Below, one piece after another: positions 1-8,245 of a stretch of 64,000 nucleotides of DNA. The first letter of the stretch is position 1. Each line of letters opens with the position of its first letter. The stretch comes from Armatimonadota bacterium. Its GTDB lineage: Bacteria; Armatimonadota; Fimbriimonadia; Fimbriimonadales; GBS-DC. The notes below the pieces were generated by a model, which saw only the letters and a list, made by a program, of their open reading frames with translations, had not been told where the DNA came from and ran no database searches. Where the stretch lies: the NCBI GenBank assembly GCA_037445735.1, contig JBBIJY010000009.1, positions 1 to 64,000 on the forward strand, written 5' to 3'. Position numbers and translations under genes: made by a program.

Positions 1-80
1 CCCTCACCCCTACCCTCTCCCCCTGCAGGGGGAGAGGGGCTGAATTGAGCTGTACCCTCTCCCCCACTGGGGGAGAGGGC
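1..80. repeat. Palindromic repeat family A (two hairpin units) inside lnt
   Basis: ccctcacccctaccctctccccctgcagggggagagggg (1-39) and taccctctcccccactgggggagaggg (53-79). Confidence 0.9.
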
Positions 81-605
81 TTTAAGAAAGCATGCGCCGA
101 GCAGCGCGTTCACCAGCGCGAGCAGGAACTCCAGCCCCCACACGCCCATCAGGTCGGCAATCTGGATCAGCACAGGCGCGCGATAGAGCGATGCCGACAG
201 ATGTCCCCACACGAAGGCGAACGGTCCCAGCCCGCGCAGCCACTGGCATAGTGTCCACAGCCCCGCCATGCCGAGCCAGCCCCATCCTGATGCAGGCATG
301 CGCGCCGCCATCAATCCGAACAGACCCCAGAACAGCGCGCTCAGCGCGGCGATGCCCACCCAGCCGACCGCGCTCAGCCACCAGCTGCCCGTGCGCAGGT
401 TCACCAGATAGGTCAGCGGGAAGCCCAGCATGAGCGCGTACACAAACCCCCACCACCAGCCGTACAGAAAGCCCGTCCGCGCCCGTTTGCTAGGCAGAAG
501 GGCGAACAGCGGCGCGGGCGCCACCAGCGCCAGCCACCACCCGCCCAGCGGCGGATGCGCCAGCGCGCTCCCTATCGCCGATAATCCCAGAATCGCCCAT
601 CGCAC
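1..605 (-). CDS. lnt: Apolipoprotein N-acyltransferase, N-terminal membrane part (runs off window start; absent from ORF track)
   Basis: Manual translation from GTG at 605: MRWAILGLSAIGSALAHPPLGGWWLALVAPAPLF...GFLYGWWWG...QWLRGLGPFAFVWGHL...LIQIADLMGVWGLEFLLALVN. This matches Lnt motifs (EWLR..F.W..LG, Q.A...G..GLSF...VN). The frame is open to position 1. Confidence 0.8.
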   Translation of the reverse strand, partial: MRWAILGLSAIGSALAHPPLGGWWLALVAPAPLFALLPSKRARTGFLYGWWWGFVYALMLGFPLTYLVNLRTGSWWLSAVGWVGIAALSALFWGLFGLMAARMPASGWGWLGMAGLWTLCQWLRGLGPFAFVWGHLSASLYRAPVLIQIADLMGVWGLEFLLALVNALLGACFLKALSPSGGEGTAQFSPSPPAGGEGRGE

Positions 606-653
606 ACCAGAAGTATATCCACCAGCATCAGGCAGGGTAAAACTAAGAGCGCG

Positions 654-1814
654 ATGCCCGCAACCTACGAGGTGATCATCGTTGGGGGCGGCGTGATTGG
701 CGCGAGTGTCGCCTATCACCTGAGCCAGCACGGCTGCCACAAAGTGCTGGTGGTTGACCGCGCCCCACAGCCAGGTATGGGCAGCACAGGTCGCGCCACT
801 GGCGGGTTCCGCTGCCAGTTCAGCACGCCCATCAATGTGCGCCTGTCGCTGCTCTCACGCGAGAAGCTGCTTCGCTTCCGTGAGGAGACGGGCGTTGATC
901 CGGGCTACCGACCGTACGGCTATCTGTTCGTCGCCTGCAGCGAGGCGCAACTTGCCACCCTGCAGGGCGCGCTGCGCGCCCAGCGCGAGGCGGGCTTATA
1001 CGAATCGCACGAGGTCAGCGTGGACGATATCCGCCGTCTGAACCCCGCATTGTTCACCGATGATGTGATAGGCGGAACTTTCTGCCCGCTGGACGGCTTC
1101 ACCCAGCCGATGAACATTCTGCATGGTTATCGGCAGGCGGCAGAGCGCAGCGGTGTGGAGTTCCGCTATGGCGCGGGCGAAGCGCGCGTCTGGCGCGCGG
1201 GCGAGCGTGTAGCGGGCGTGCAGATCGACGGCGAGCGCATCGCGGCAGGCGCGGTCGTGAACGCCGCGGGCGCATGGGCAGGCGTCGTGGCGCAACAGGC
1301 GGGCGTTGAGCTGCCCGTGCGACCGCTCAAGCGGCAGGTGGCAATCACCGTGCCGACCGCTCTGCTGCCCGACACGATGCCGATGAGCATCGATGTAACG
1401 GACGGCTTCCACCTGCGCGTGCGCGACGGACGCGTTCTGCTGCTCCTGCCCGACGAGCATCCCGTCAGCCACCCGTTTGAGACCACCTTCGATGAGGCGT
1501 GGCTGACCAGAGTGGTGGCGCGAGCGCATCAGCGTGTGCCATGCCTGCAGGGGGTACCAATCGATCGCGCCGCCTGCTATGCAGGGCTGTACGAGATGTC
1601 GCCTGACCGCCATGTGATTGTGGGTGAGGCGCCCGAACTGCGCGGGTTCTATCTGGTCAACGGCTCATCGGGGCATGGTGTGATGCACGCGCCCGCGCTG
1701 GGCGAGATTGTCGCCGCGCTGATACTGGGTCAGCCGCTGCCGTTCGACATCACGCCGTTGCGCCCCACCCGCTTCGCCGAAGGCGCACCGAACCCCGAAA
1801 CCGGAGTGCTGTAA
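654..1814 (+). CDS. FAD-dependent oxidoreductase, DAO / sarcosine oxidase beta-like
   Basis: IIVGGGVIG FAD motif, GSTGRATGG, VVNAAGAWA, C-terminal GSSGHGVM. Confidence 0.9.
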   Translation: MPATYEVIIVGGGVIGASVAYHLSQHGCHKVLVVDRAPQPGMGSTGRATGGFRCQFSTPINVRLSLLSREKLLRFREETGVDPGYRPYGYLFVACSEAQLATLQGALRAQREAGLYESHEVSVDDIRRLNPALFTDDVIGGTFCPLDGFTQPMNILHGYRQAAERSGVEFRYGAGEARVWRAGERVAGVQIDGERIAAGAVVNAAGAWAGVVAQQAGVELPVRPLKRQVAITVPTALLPDTMPMSIDVTDGFHLRVRDGRVLLLLPDEHPVSHPFETTFDEAWLTRVVARAHQRVPCLQGVPIDRAACYAGLYEMSPDRHVIVGEAPELRGFYLVNGSSGHGVMHAPALGEIVAALILGQPLPFDITPLRPTRFAEGAPNPETGVL

Positions 1815-1835
1815 TACCAGAAGCCCACTCCGGGG

Positions 1836-4091
1836 TTAGCACCCGCTGCCGAAGTGGAACAGCACTGTTAGCAGGTCCGCGTCATCCACAACGCCATCGC
1901 CGTTGACATCTGCATCGGGCTGGGCGGAACCGAACGCCATCAGCACGCTCAGGAGGTCGGCGTCATCTACACAACCATCCTCATTCACATCCCCATAGGG
2001 CGTAAAGAGCGGATTGCGAGCAATCACCACCACGCCCTCCTCGCGCACCCAGGCGATGAGCTGCTCGTCGGGGCTGATATCGACCTCTATCGGCGTGCCC
2101 ACCTCCTGAAAGGCGCCCTCCTCATAGCGAATGCGGGGCTGAACCTCTGTTGACTGGACCCGCCACAGCGTGAGCCAGTTGCGCGCCCATACGCGCCCAT
2201 GGTCCTGCTCAAGGTTCTGGTGGGCGGTGAACAGATAGCGACCGGTGGCAGAACGCGCGACCGCGGGCAACGCACCGCCTGCCAAAACCGATGGTTGCAG
2301 GTCAGGCAGCTGGTAGATGATAAGCGCGCCATCCACGACACCACCTTCTATCCACTTCCACGACTGGTTCAGACCGACCAGCACCTGCGTGCTGTTTGGC
2401 AGGAAGGTGATGCTCTCAACGCCACCAAGCGTCTTGACAGTGCCCGGATTCTGCCAGGTGTCCGTTCGCCAGAGGGATAGGTCACCTTCCATATGACAGC
2501 CGTACCACTCTGTGCAGGTTTCTTCGCTGCTGCCGCTCAGTATCCAGCGCCCCTCTGGTGAGAAAGCAGCGATGGTGGTGGATGGGTGGAGCATGGCTAC
2601 CAGATTGGTTTCTGGCAACTGCCAGATGCGGTGTCCTGCCACCAGATGGCGTCCGTCGGGGGAGAACACCAGCGCACCCCTGTCACCGGGCAGGCTCTGA
2701 AGGAGGGTAGCTGCAGGCATCGAATAGAGCAGGGTCTCGGTGGGGGACATCGATGCCATCAGGCGTCCATCGGGCGAGAAGGCAACCGCCTCTACTGAAC
2801 CAGCGCGCGTCAGCACCAGCGTGCCATCAGGAACCGTGTAGACGAACAGCCCCTCCGACGATGCCACCGCCACGAATCGCCCATCGGGCGAAAGGGCGCT
2901 TTGCGCCACACGCTCAAACGGGGGCAATAGCAGGCGCAGCTGCCCATCAATCGCGCGATGCAGGCGCACCTGCTCGCGCTCCTCAATCAGCACCAGCTGG
3001 CTGTCCGCCGAGAAACGCACGCGAGCAGGCAGCGAACGCACGCCGCCCACATAGCCCACCAGCTGACCCGTCGCCCAGTTCCAGATCGATCCACCCACAA
3101 AAACCTCCGGGCGCAACGGATGGGCAAGAATAGAATCGACAACTTCTGGACTAATTGTGCGCTCGATGGAGCCAGTGGAGATTCGACGCACCTGCAGGAT
3201 TCCCGCATAGGGGGGAGTTTGCTCAAAACCCGCTAACAGGCAGATGTCGGCATCAGAGGTGAACTCGATATCTGTTATTCGGAAACCGGGCTGTTCATAC
3301 CGTATCAGGCGTCCAGTAGCCACCTCAAAAAGGGCATACCAGTCCTGCGGGTAATCACCAGCAGCCAGCAGATAGGTTCCATCTGGCGCGAGGCGCTGAA
3401 TAAAGGCACGCGCTCCAGCTGGCAGGTTCTGCGCCGGACGCGGCGCCTCACTGAACACATCCCATATCCATACGCGCCAGTTCAAGTCGACGCCCGACAC
3501 GATTAATCGCCCATTGGGCAGGTAGCGCATAGCTGAAACCCCAAATGGCACCAGGTATTCCTGCAGCAGCTGACCATCGGACGCTCGCAACAGCAACAGC
3601 CGATTCTCGCCATCGCTGCGAACAACCATCAGCGCCACTTGCTGACCATCCAGCGAAAAACAGGAGAGTCCAGCTTCAGCAACCGTGTCGGGATCAAAAT
3701 CGCGGTGCCATAGCTCCAGACCTGCGTTCGCATCGATGACTTTAAATCGGACGAGTCGGATGCCTTCAATCAGCTGGGAAAGGCTGATCCCTACCCGACT
3801 ACCATCTGGCGAAGCCGATGCAGTGAGCGATTCAAGATGATGTCCCCGGTAACGGGCATTTTCTGGTACAAAGATGGTTCGGATAAGGCGTTGAGCAGGG
3901 AGGTCCCAAACAGCGATGTAAAGGTAGTTATCCAGCTGGGTGAACAGGCGATTGCCATTCACAGAAATCGCGAAAGGATTTCCGCCGCTGCCCAGTTGCC
4001 ACAGCACGGCAGGGCGAAGTTGGGCGCCCCCTATCAGAGGCAACACGACCAGCAGCATCGCCCAGAACCATCGCAAAGTGCGCTCTCGCAT
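1836..4091 (-). CDS. Secreted WD40/beta-propeller protein with C-terminal dockerin-like domain
   Basis: Signal peptide, many (F/L)SPDG repeats, C-terminal GDVNEDGCVDDADLL..DVNGDGVVDDADLL..FGSGC. Confidence 0.85.
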   Translation of the reverse strand: MRERTLRWFWAMLLVVLPLIGGAQLRPAVLWQLGSGGNPFAISVNGNRLFTQLDNYLYIAVWDLPAQRLIRTIFVPENARYRGHHLESLTASASPDGSRVGISLSQLIEGIRLVRFKVIDANAGLELWHRDFDPDTVAEAGLSCFSLDGQQVALMVVRSDGENRLLLLRASDGQLLQEYLVPFGVSAMRYLPNGRLIVSGVDLNWRVWIWDVFSEAPRPAQNLPAGARAFIQRLAPDGTYLLAAGDYPQDWYALFEVATGRLIRYEQPGFRITDIEFTSDADICLLAGFEQTPPYAGILQVRRISTGSIERTISPEVVDSILAHPLRPEVFVGGSIWNWATGQLVGYVGGVRSLPARVRFSADSQLVLIEEREQVRLHRAIDGQLRLLLPPFERVAQSALSPDGRFVAVASSEGLFVYTVPDGTLVLTRAGSVEAVAFSPDGRLMASMSPTETLLYSMPAATLLQSLPGDRGALVFSPDGRHLVAGHRIWQLPETNLVAMLHPSTTIAAFSPEGRWILSGSSEETCTEWYGCHMEGDLSLWRTDTWQNPGTVKTLGGVESITFLPNSTQVLVGLNQSWKWIEGGVVDGALIIYQLPDLQPSVLAGGALPAVARSATGRYLFTAHQNLEQDHGRVWARNWLTLWRVQSTEVQPRIRYEEGAFQEVGTPIEVDISPDEQLIAWVREEGVVVIARNPLFTPYGDVNEDGCVDDADLLSVLMAFGSAQPDADVNGDGVVDDADLLTVLFHFGSGC

Positions 4092-4208
4092 GGCAAGCTC
4101 ACCTCATTACAATTATACCTCGATTCGATGCTCACACAGGTTGATTACGACGCGAAAGGATGTCGCTCTCCCTGCGACTTGTTTGCAGCACAGGGGGCAC
4201 AAAATTAA

Positions 4209-4239
4209 AGCCCCTCTCCCCTGCCAGAGGAGAGGGGCT
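4209..4239. terminator. Hairpin downstream of sod (terminator-like, related to repeat family A)
   Basis: agcccctctcc-cctgccaga-ggagaggggct. Confidence 0.55.
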
Positions 4240-4266
4240 GAAAGAACGGCGAGTGAAAGATATTCC

Positions 4267-5025
4267 CTAACGGCGCGACATGCGAACCGCCTGCTCGTAG
4301 CGACGGTTCACCACATCCCAGTCGATTGCCTGCACAAAGGCATCGAGGTAGCGTGCCCGCGCTGTCTGGAAGTCCAGATAGTAGGCATGCTCGTAGGTGT
4401 CCAGCGCCAGGATGGGCGTGGCGTTCCACACGGGGAAGGTGTTCTGCGCGTCGCCGATGTAGTTGAACAGCGAGCCGTCGTCGTGGTCATAGGCGAGCCA
4501 CACCCAGCCGCGTGCCGCCATGCCTGTCGCCTTGAGGTCTTCGACCCATCGCTCAAACGAGCCGAAGTAGCGGGCGAGCGCCTGGCGCAGCTCGCTGCTC
4601 GGCTCCGAGCCGCCACCGCCCAGATTCTCAAAGTACAGCTCGTGGTTCTTCACCCCACCCAGCGCGAAGGTGTAGTCCACCTTCAGCGACCGAATGAGGC
4701 TGTAGGTCTGATTGCCCCTGGAGAACTCCTCGGAGGTGAGCGCCGCCAGCGCCCTGCGAATCTCGTTCGTCTTGTTCACATAGCCCTGATAGAGCTTGTA
4801 GTGTTCCTCGTGCGTTTTGCGCGAGATGCCGAACTTTTCGGTCTGGAACACCTTTTCGGGTAAGGGCTTCGCCACAACCTCCACAATCTGAATCTCCGCC
4901 ATCGTTCGATCCCTCCTGCTAAGTGTGCGGTTAATCGCGGGCGCGTCAGGAGCAAGCAGCAGCCAGCCAGTCGCGAAGGTGCAGGCTCGCAAAAACTCCC
5001 GACGCGACAGTCCCTTGCCGTACAT
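4267..5025 (-). CDS. Fe/Mn superoxide dismutase with putative Tat signal; second start at 4902
   Basis: Ligand motifs HYKLYQGY, NHELYF, DTYEHAYY; N-terminal SRREFL; AGGAGG before internal ATG at 4902. Confidence 0.9.
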   Translation of the reverse strand: MYGKGLSRREFLRACTFATGWLLLAPDAPAINRTLSRRDRTMAEIQIVEVVAKPLPEKVFQTEKFGISRKTHEEHYKLYQGYVNKTNEIRRALAALTSEEFSRGNQTYSLIRSLKVDYTFALGGVKNHELYFENLGGGGSEPSSELRQALARYFGSFERWVEDLKATGMAARGWVWLAYDHDDGSLFNYIGDAQNTFPVWNATPILALDTYEHAYYLDFQTARARYLDAFVQAIDWDVVNRRYEQAVRMSRR

Positions 5026-5102
5026 AGCGACCCGATTATACCCGAACGCCTCGCGCGTCTAACTCTCGCACCCCGCAAACAGGTATAGTGGAGGAGCAAC
5101 CG

Positions 5103-6320
5103 ATGCAGACGATGAGAACCATCAAGGCAATCGCGCTCGCGCTCCTGCTGGTCCTGCTGACCAGCTGCTGTAATCGCACCAGTCGCGGTATCGTGCCCGG
5201 CGGACGCGGCAGCCTCACATGGACGGTTATGGTCTACATGAACGCCGCCAACGACCTGGACGAGTTCAGCGAGCTGAACATGAACCAGATGGAATCGGTG
5301 ATGACCAACGCCAACATTCGGATTGTGGTGCAGTGGAAGCGGATTGCGACCTTCGCGCCACAGGGCAGCTGGACAGGCACGCGCCGCTATCTGGTTCAAT
5401 ATGACACCGATTTGCGGGTGATTAAGTCGCAGCTGATCGAGGATATGGGTCAGGGCGTGGATATGGGGAGCGCGGCGACCCTTCGCGATTTTATTCGCTG
5501 GGCACGCTCCCGCTACCCTGCCGACCGCTACGCGCTGATTATCTGGAACCACGGCTCTGGCTGGCGCACGCGCACCACCCGCGCCGTCTCCTTTGACGAC
5601 GAGTACAACACCAGCATCAAAACATGGGAGCTGCCCACTGCCATCCGCCCGACCTCCGCCGACCCGCCGATGGATGTGCTGCTGTTTGACGCCTCCCTGA
5701 TGCAGATGCTGGAGGTGGCATACGAGTGTCGCAATGTGGCGCGCTATATCGCTGGCTCGGAGGAAAGCCCGCCCGGCGAGGGCTATCCCTACCATCGTAT
5801 CCTGCTCGCGCTGATGAACAACTCCGACACCCCGCCCGCCGAGTGGGCAAAAGATGTGGTGCGCCAGTTCGTGAGCTTCTATCAGCAAAACTTCCCTGCC
5901 TACACCAACATCACCCAATCGGCAGTGGATACCGCCCAACTGGACAATGTGGCGACCGCGCTGGACAACCTTGCAGGAACGCTGATAGAGCGGCGGAATC
6001 GCTATGTGAACGCGCTGCGCAACGCGCGCGAGAACGCCCAGAGCTATTCGTCCTATCCAGAATATAAAGACCTCTGGCATGTGGCGCAGCTCATCAAAGA
6101 GTACACAGGCGATGCGCAGATTGGGGCGCGAATCGATGCGTTGCATGCAGTGTTGCGCGAGGCTATCATCTATGAGGCGCATGCGGACAACTTTCGGGTG
6201 CGCAACTCGCACGGGCTGTCGATTTACTATCCTAGCGCGGGCGACTATCTGGGGCGCTACGGCAATCTGGCGCTGGCACGGGCGACCCGCTGGGATGAGT
6301 GGCTCCAGCAGGCGCCATAG
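5103..6320 (+). CDS. Clostripain (peptidase C11) family lipoprotein with Ser at the catalytic Cys position
   Basis: WTVMVYMNAANDL, IIWNHGSGW, FDASLMQMLEVAYE, GSEE, HGLSIYYP; lipobox-like LLTSC; exact start uncertain. Confidence 0.85.
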   Translation: MQTMRTIKAIALALLLVLLTSCCNRTSRGIVPGGRGSLTWTVMVYMNAANDLDEFSELNMNQMESVMTNANIRIVVQWKRIATFAPQGSWTGTRRYLVQYDTDLRVIKSQLIEDMGQGVDMGSAATLRDFIRWARSRYPADRYALIIWNHGSGWRTRTTRAVSFDDEYNTSIKTWELPTAIRPTSADPPMDVLLFDASLMQMLEVAYECRNVARYIAGSEESPPGEGYPYHRILLALMNNSDTPPAEWAKDVVRQFVSFYQQNFPAYTNITQSAVDTAQLDNVATALDNLAGTLIERRNRYVNALRNARENAQSYSSYPEYKDLWHVAQLIKEYTGDAQIGARIDALHAVLREAIIYEAHADNFRVRNSHGLSIYYPSAGDYLGRYGNLALARATRWDEWLQQAP

Positions 6321-6329
6321 GAGGACGCT

Positions 6330-7124
6330 ATGCCGTACGAGTATGTGCTGCTGAGTCCCGAAAAGGTGGAGATACGCTACGAGATTGCGGGGCTGGGTTC
6401 CCGCGCGCTGGCTGCCGTGCTGGACGACCTGCTGGTGCTTTTGATTAACGCCGTCGTGCTGCTAACGCTGACGCTGCTGGAAGACACTTTGCGGGTGGTC
6501 ACTAATCTGATCAGTCTGATTGGGGAGGGCTGGGCGCTGGCGTCGCTCATCTTTTTCGCCTACATCTCATGGTTCGCCTACTATATCCTGTTTGAAATCT
6601 GGTGGAACGGTCAGACGCCGGCGAAGCGCGCGTTCGGCTTGCGCGTGATTCGGCTGGACGGCACGCCCGCTCCGCCTGGCGCAATCCTCACGCGCGAGCT
6701 GGTGCGTCTGGTGGACGCGCTGCCCCTCTGCCTGCTGGGCTATAATGTGGCGGGGCTGGTGGCGTTCTTCAATCCGTACGGTCAGCGGCTGGGCGATATG
6801 CTGGCGGGCACTTTCGTGATTAAAGAGCGTCGGGTGGCGCTGCCCACCCTGCAGTCGTTGTCGGCGATAGGTACGGGCACGCATCCGCTGGAGAGCTATG
6901 TGCCAACCGTACTGGCGATGAGCGCGAGCGAGTATCGCGCACTGCGAGCCTTTCTGGAGCGGCGCGAGCAGTTCCCACCCGATGTGCGCGCGCAGCTTGC
7001 CAGCGAACTTTATCAGCACCTCACGCGCAAGCTGGGGCTGATAGTTCCGCCGGAAGTGCCGCGCGAGGGCATTTTAGAGGCGATTGCCACCCGCTACGCC
7101 CGCGAGCGCGGTCGGCTGGAGTAG
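6330..7124 (+). CDS. RDD family membrane protein
   Basis: AGLGSRALAAVLD, GQTPAKR, QRLGDMLAGT. Confidence 0.9.
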   Translation: MPYEYVLLSPEKVEIRYEIAGLGSRALAAVLDDLLVLLINAVVLLTLTLLEDTLRVVTNLISLIGEGWALASLIFFAYISWFAYYILFEIWWNGQTPAKRAFGLRVIRLDGTPAPPGAILTRELVRLVDALPLCLLGYNVAGLVAFFNPYGQRLGDMLAGTFVIKERRVALPTLQSLSAIGTGTHPLESYVPTVLAMSASEYRALRAFLERREQFPPDVRAQLASELYQHLTRKLGLIVPPEVPREGILEAIATRYARERGRLE

Positions 7125-7127
7125 CCG

Positions 7128-8234
7128 ATGCGAGTGCTGATTGCCCCCACAGCTTACAAAGGCACGCTCACACCCCTGCAGGCGTGCAGGGCAATCGCGG
7201 CGGGCGTGCTGAAGGTCTATCCGCACGCGACAGTGGACCTGTGCCCGATCGCTGACGGCGGCACGGGCTGGCTGGAGGTGTGGGCGTTCCATTACAGCGA
7301 TACGGCGCAACGGCTCAGGACCCCTGTGCGCGATCCGCTGGGCAGGGTTATTGAGGCGGAATATCTCATCGCGAGCACCGTCGCGATTATCGAATCGGCG
7401 TCCGCCTGCGGGCTGCACCTGCTCAAGCCCGATGAGCGGCATCCTCTAAAGGCAAGCACGGAGGGCGTCGGCGACCTGTTGAAGGCGGTCGATCGCCCGC
7501 CGATTGAATCGGTCTGGCTGGGGCTGGGCGGCACCGCGACCACCGATGGGGGCACAGGCGCGCTGAGAGCGCTGGGTTTCCAGTTGCTTTCAGCCGACGG
7601 CGCTCCGATCCCTGTCGGTGGGCAGGGACTGCTGAAGCTGGAGCGCATCGTGCCGCCCGATCCGATGCCCCTGCAAGAGAAACAGCTCATTTTATGTGCC
7701 GATGTGCGCAATCCACTCTGTGGCGAGCAGGGCACCGCGCGGGTGTTCGCCCCTCAAAAGGGCGCCACACCCGATCAGGTTGACCTGCTGGAGCGGGGCA
7801 TGGAGCAACTCGCAAGCGTGCTGCGCCGTCAGACGGGTGTCGAGGCAGCGACCCTGCCTGGCGCGGGGGCGGCTGGTGGACTGCCTGCCACCTTTATCGC
7901 CTTCTTCAACGCGACGCTGGTGTCGGGCATTGACTGGCTGCTTGAGCGGGTCAACTGGCAGCAGCGGCTGGAGCAAGCCCATCTGCTCATCACGGGCGAG
8001 GGTCAGGTCGATGCTCAGACGCTGATGGGCAAAGGCGTGGGCGAGCTGGTGCGGCAAGCGGTGGCGAGCCAGAAGCCCGTTCTCGTTGTCGCTGGGCGAT
8101 TCGGTGATGGTTGGGAGCAAGTAGCTGCCCTGCCTGGTGTCAAACTGATTGCCGCCCGAATGGTCGCGCCCGATGCTGCACCGGCTGACGCGCTCACGCT
8201 CGCATCGGCGCAGGCACTTCGTGATAGGAGGTAA
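7128..8234 (+). CDS. Glycerate kinase (GlxK/GarK family)
   Basis: IAPTAYKGTL, PIADGG, GLGGTATTDGG, FAPQKGA, ITGEGQVD. Confidence 0.9.
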   Translation: MRVLIAPTAYKGTLTPLQACRAIAAGVLKVYPHATVDLCPIADGGTGWLEVWAFHYSDTAQRLRTPVRDPLGRVIEAEYLIASTVAIIESASACGLHLLKPDERHPLKASTEGVGDLLKAVDRPPIESVWLGLGGTATTDGGTGALRALGFQLLSADGAPIPVGGQGLLKLERIVPPDPMPLQEKQLILCADVRNPLCGEQGTARVFAPQKGATPDQVDLLERGMEQLASVLRRQTGVEAATLPGAGAAGGLPATFIAFFNATLVSGIDWLLERVNWQQRLEQAHLLITGEGQVDAQTLMGKGVGELVRQAVASQKPVLVVAGRFGDGWEQVAALPGVKLIAARMVAPDAAPADALTLASAQALRDRR

Positions 8235-8245
8235 ACTCCGATTGC

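Noticed and set aside
4776-6212. Long antisense ORFs (e.g. 4776-6212, 22572-23561, 32651-33868, 45589-47427, 56497-57639)
   Set aside because: Shadow frames of well-supported genes, as expected in GC-rich DNA.
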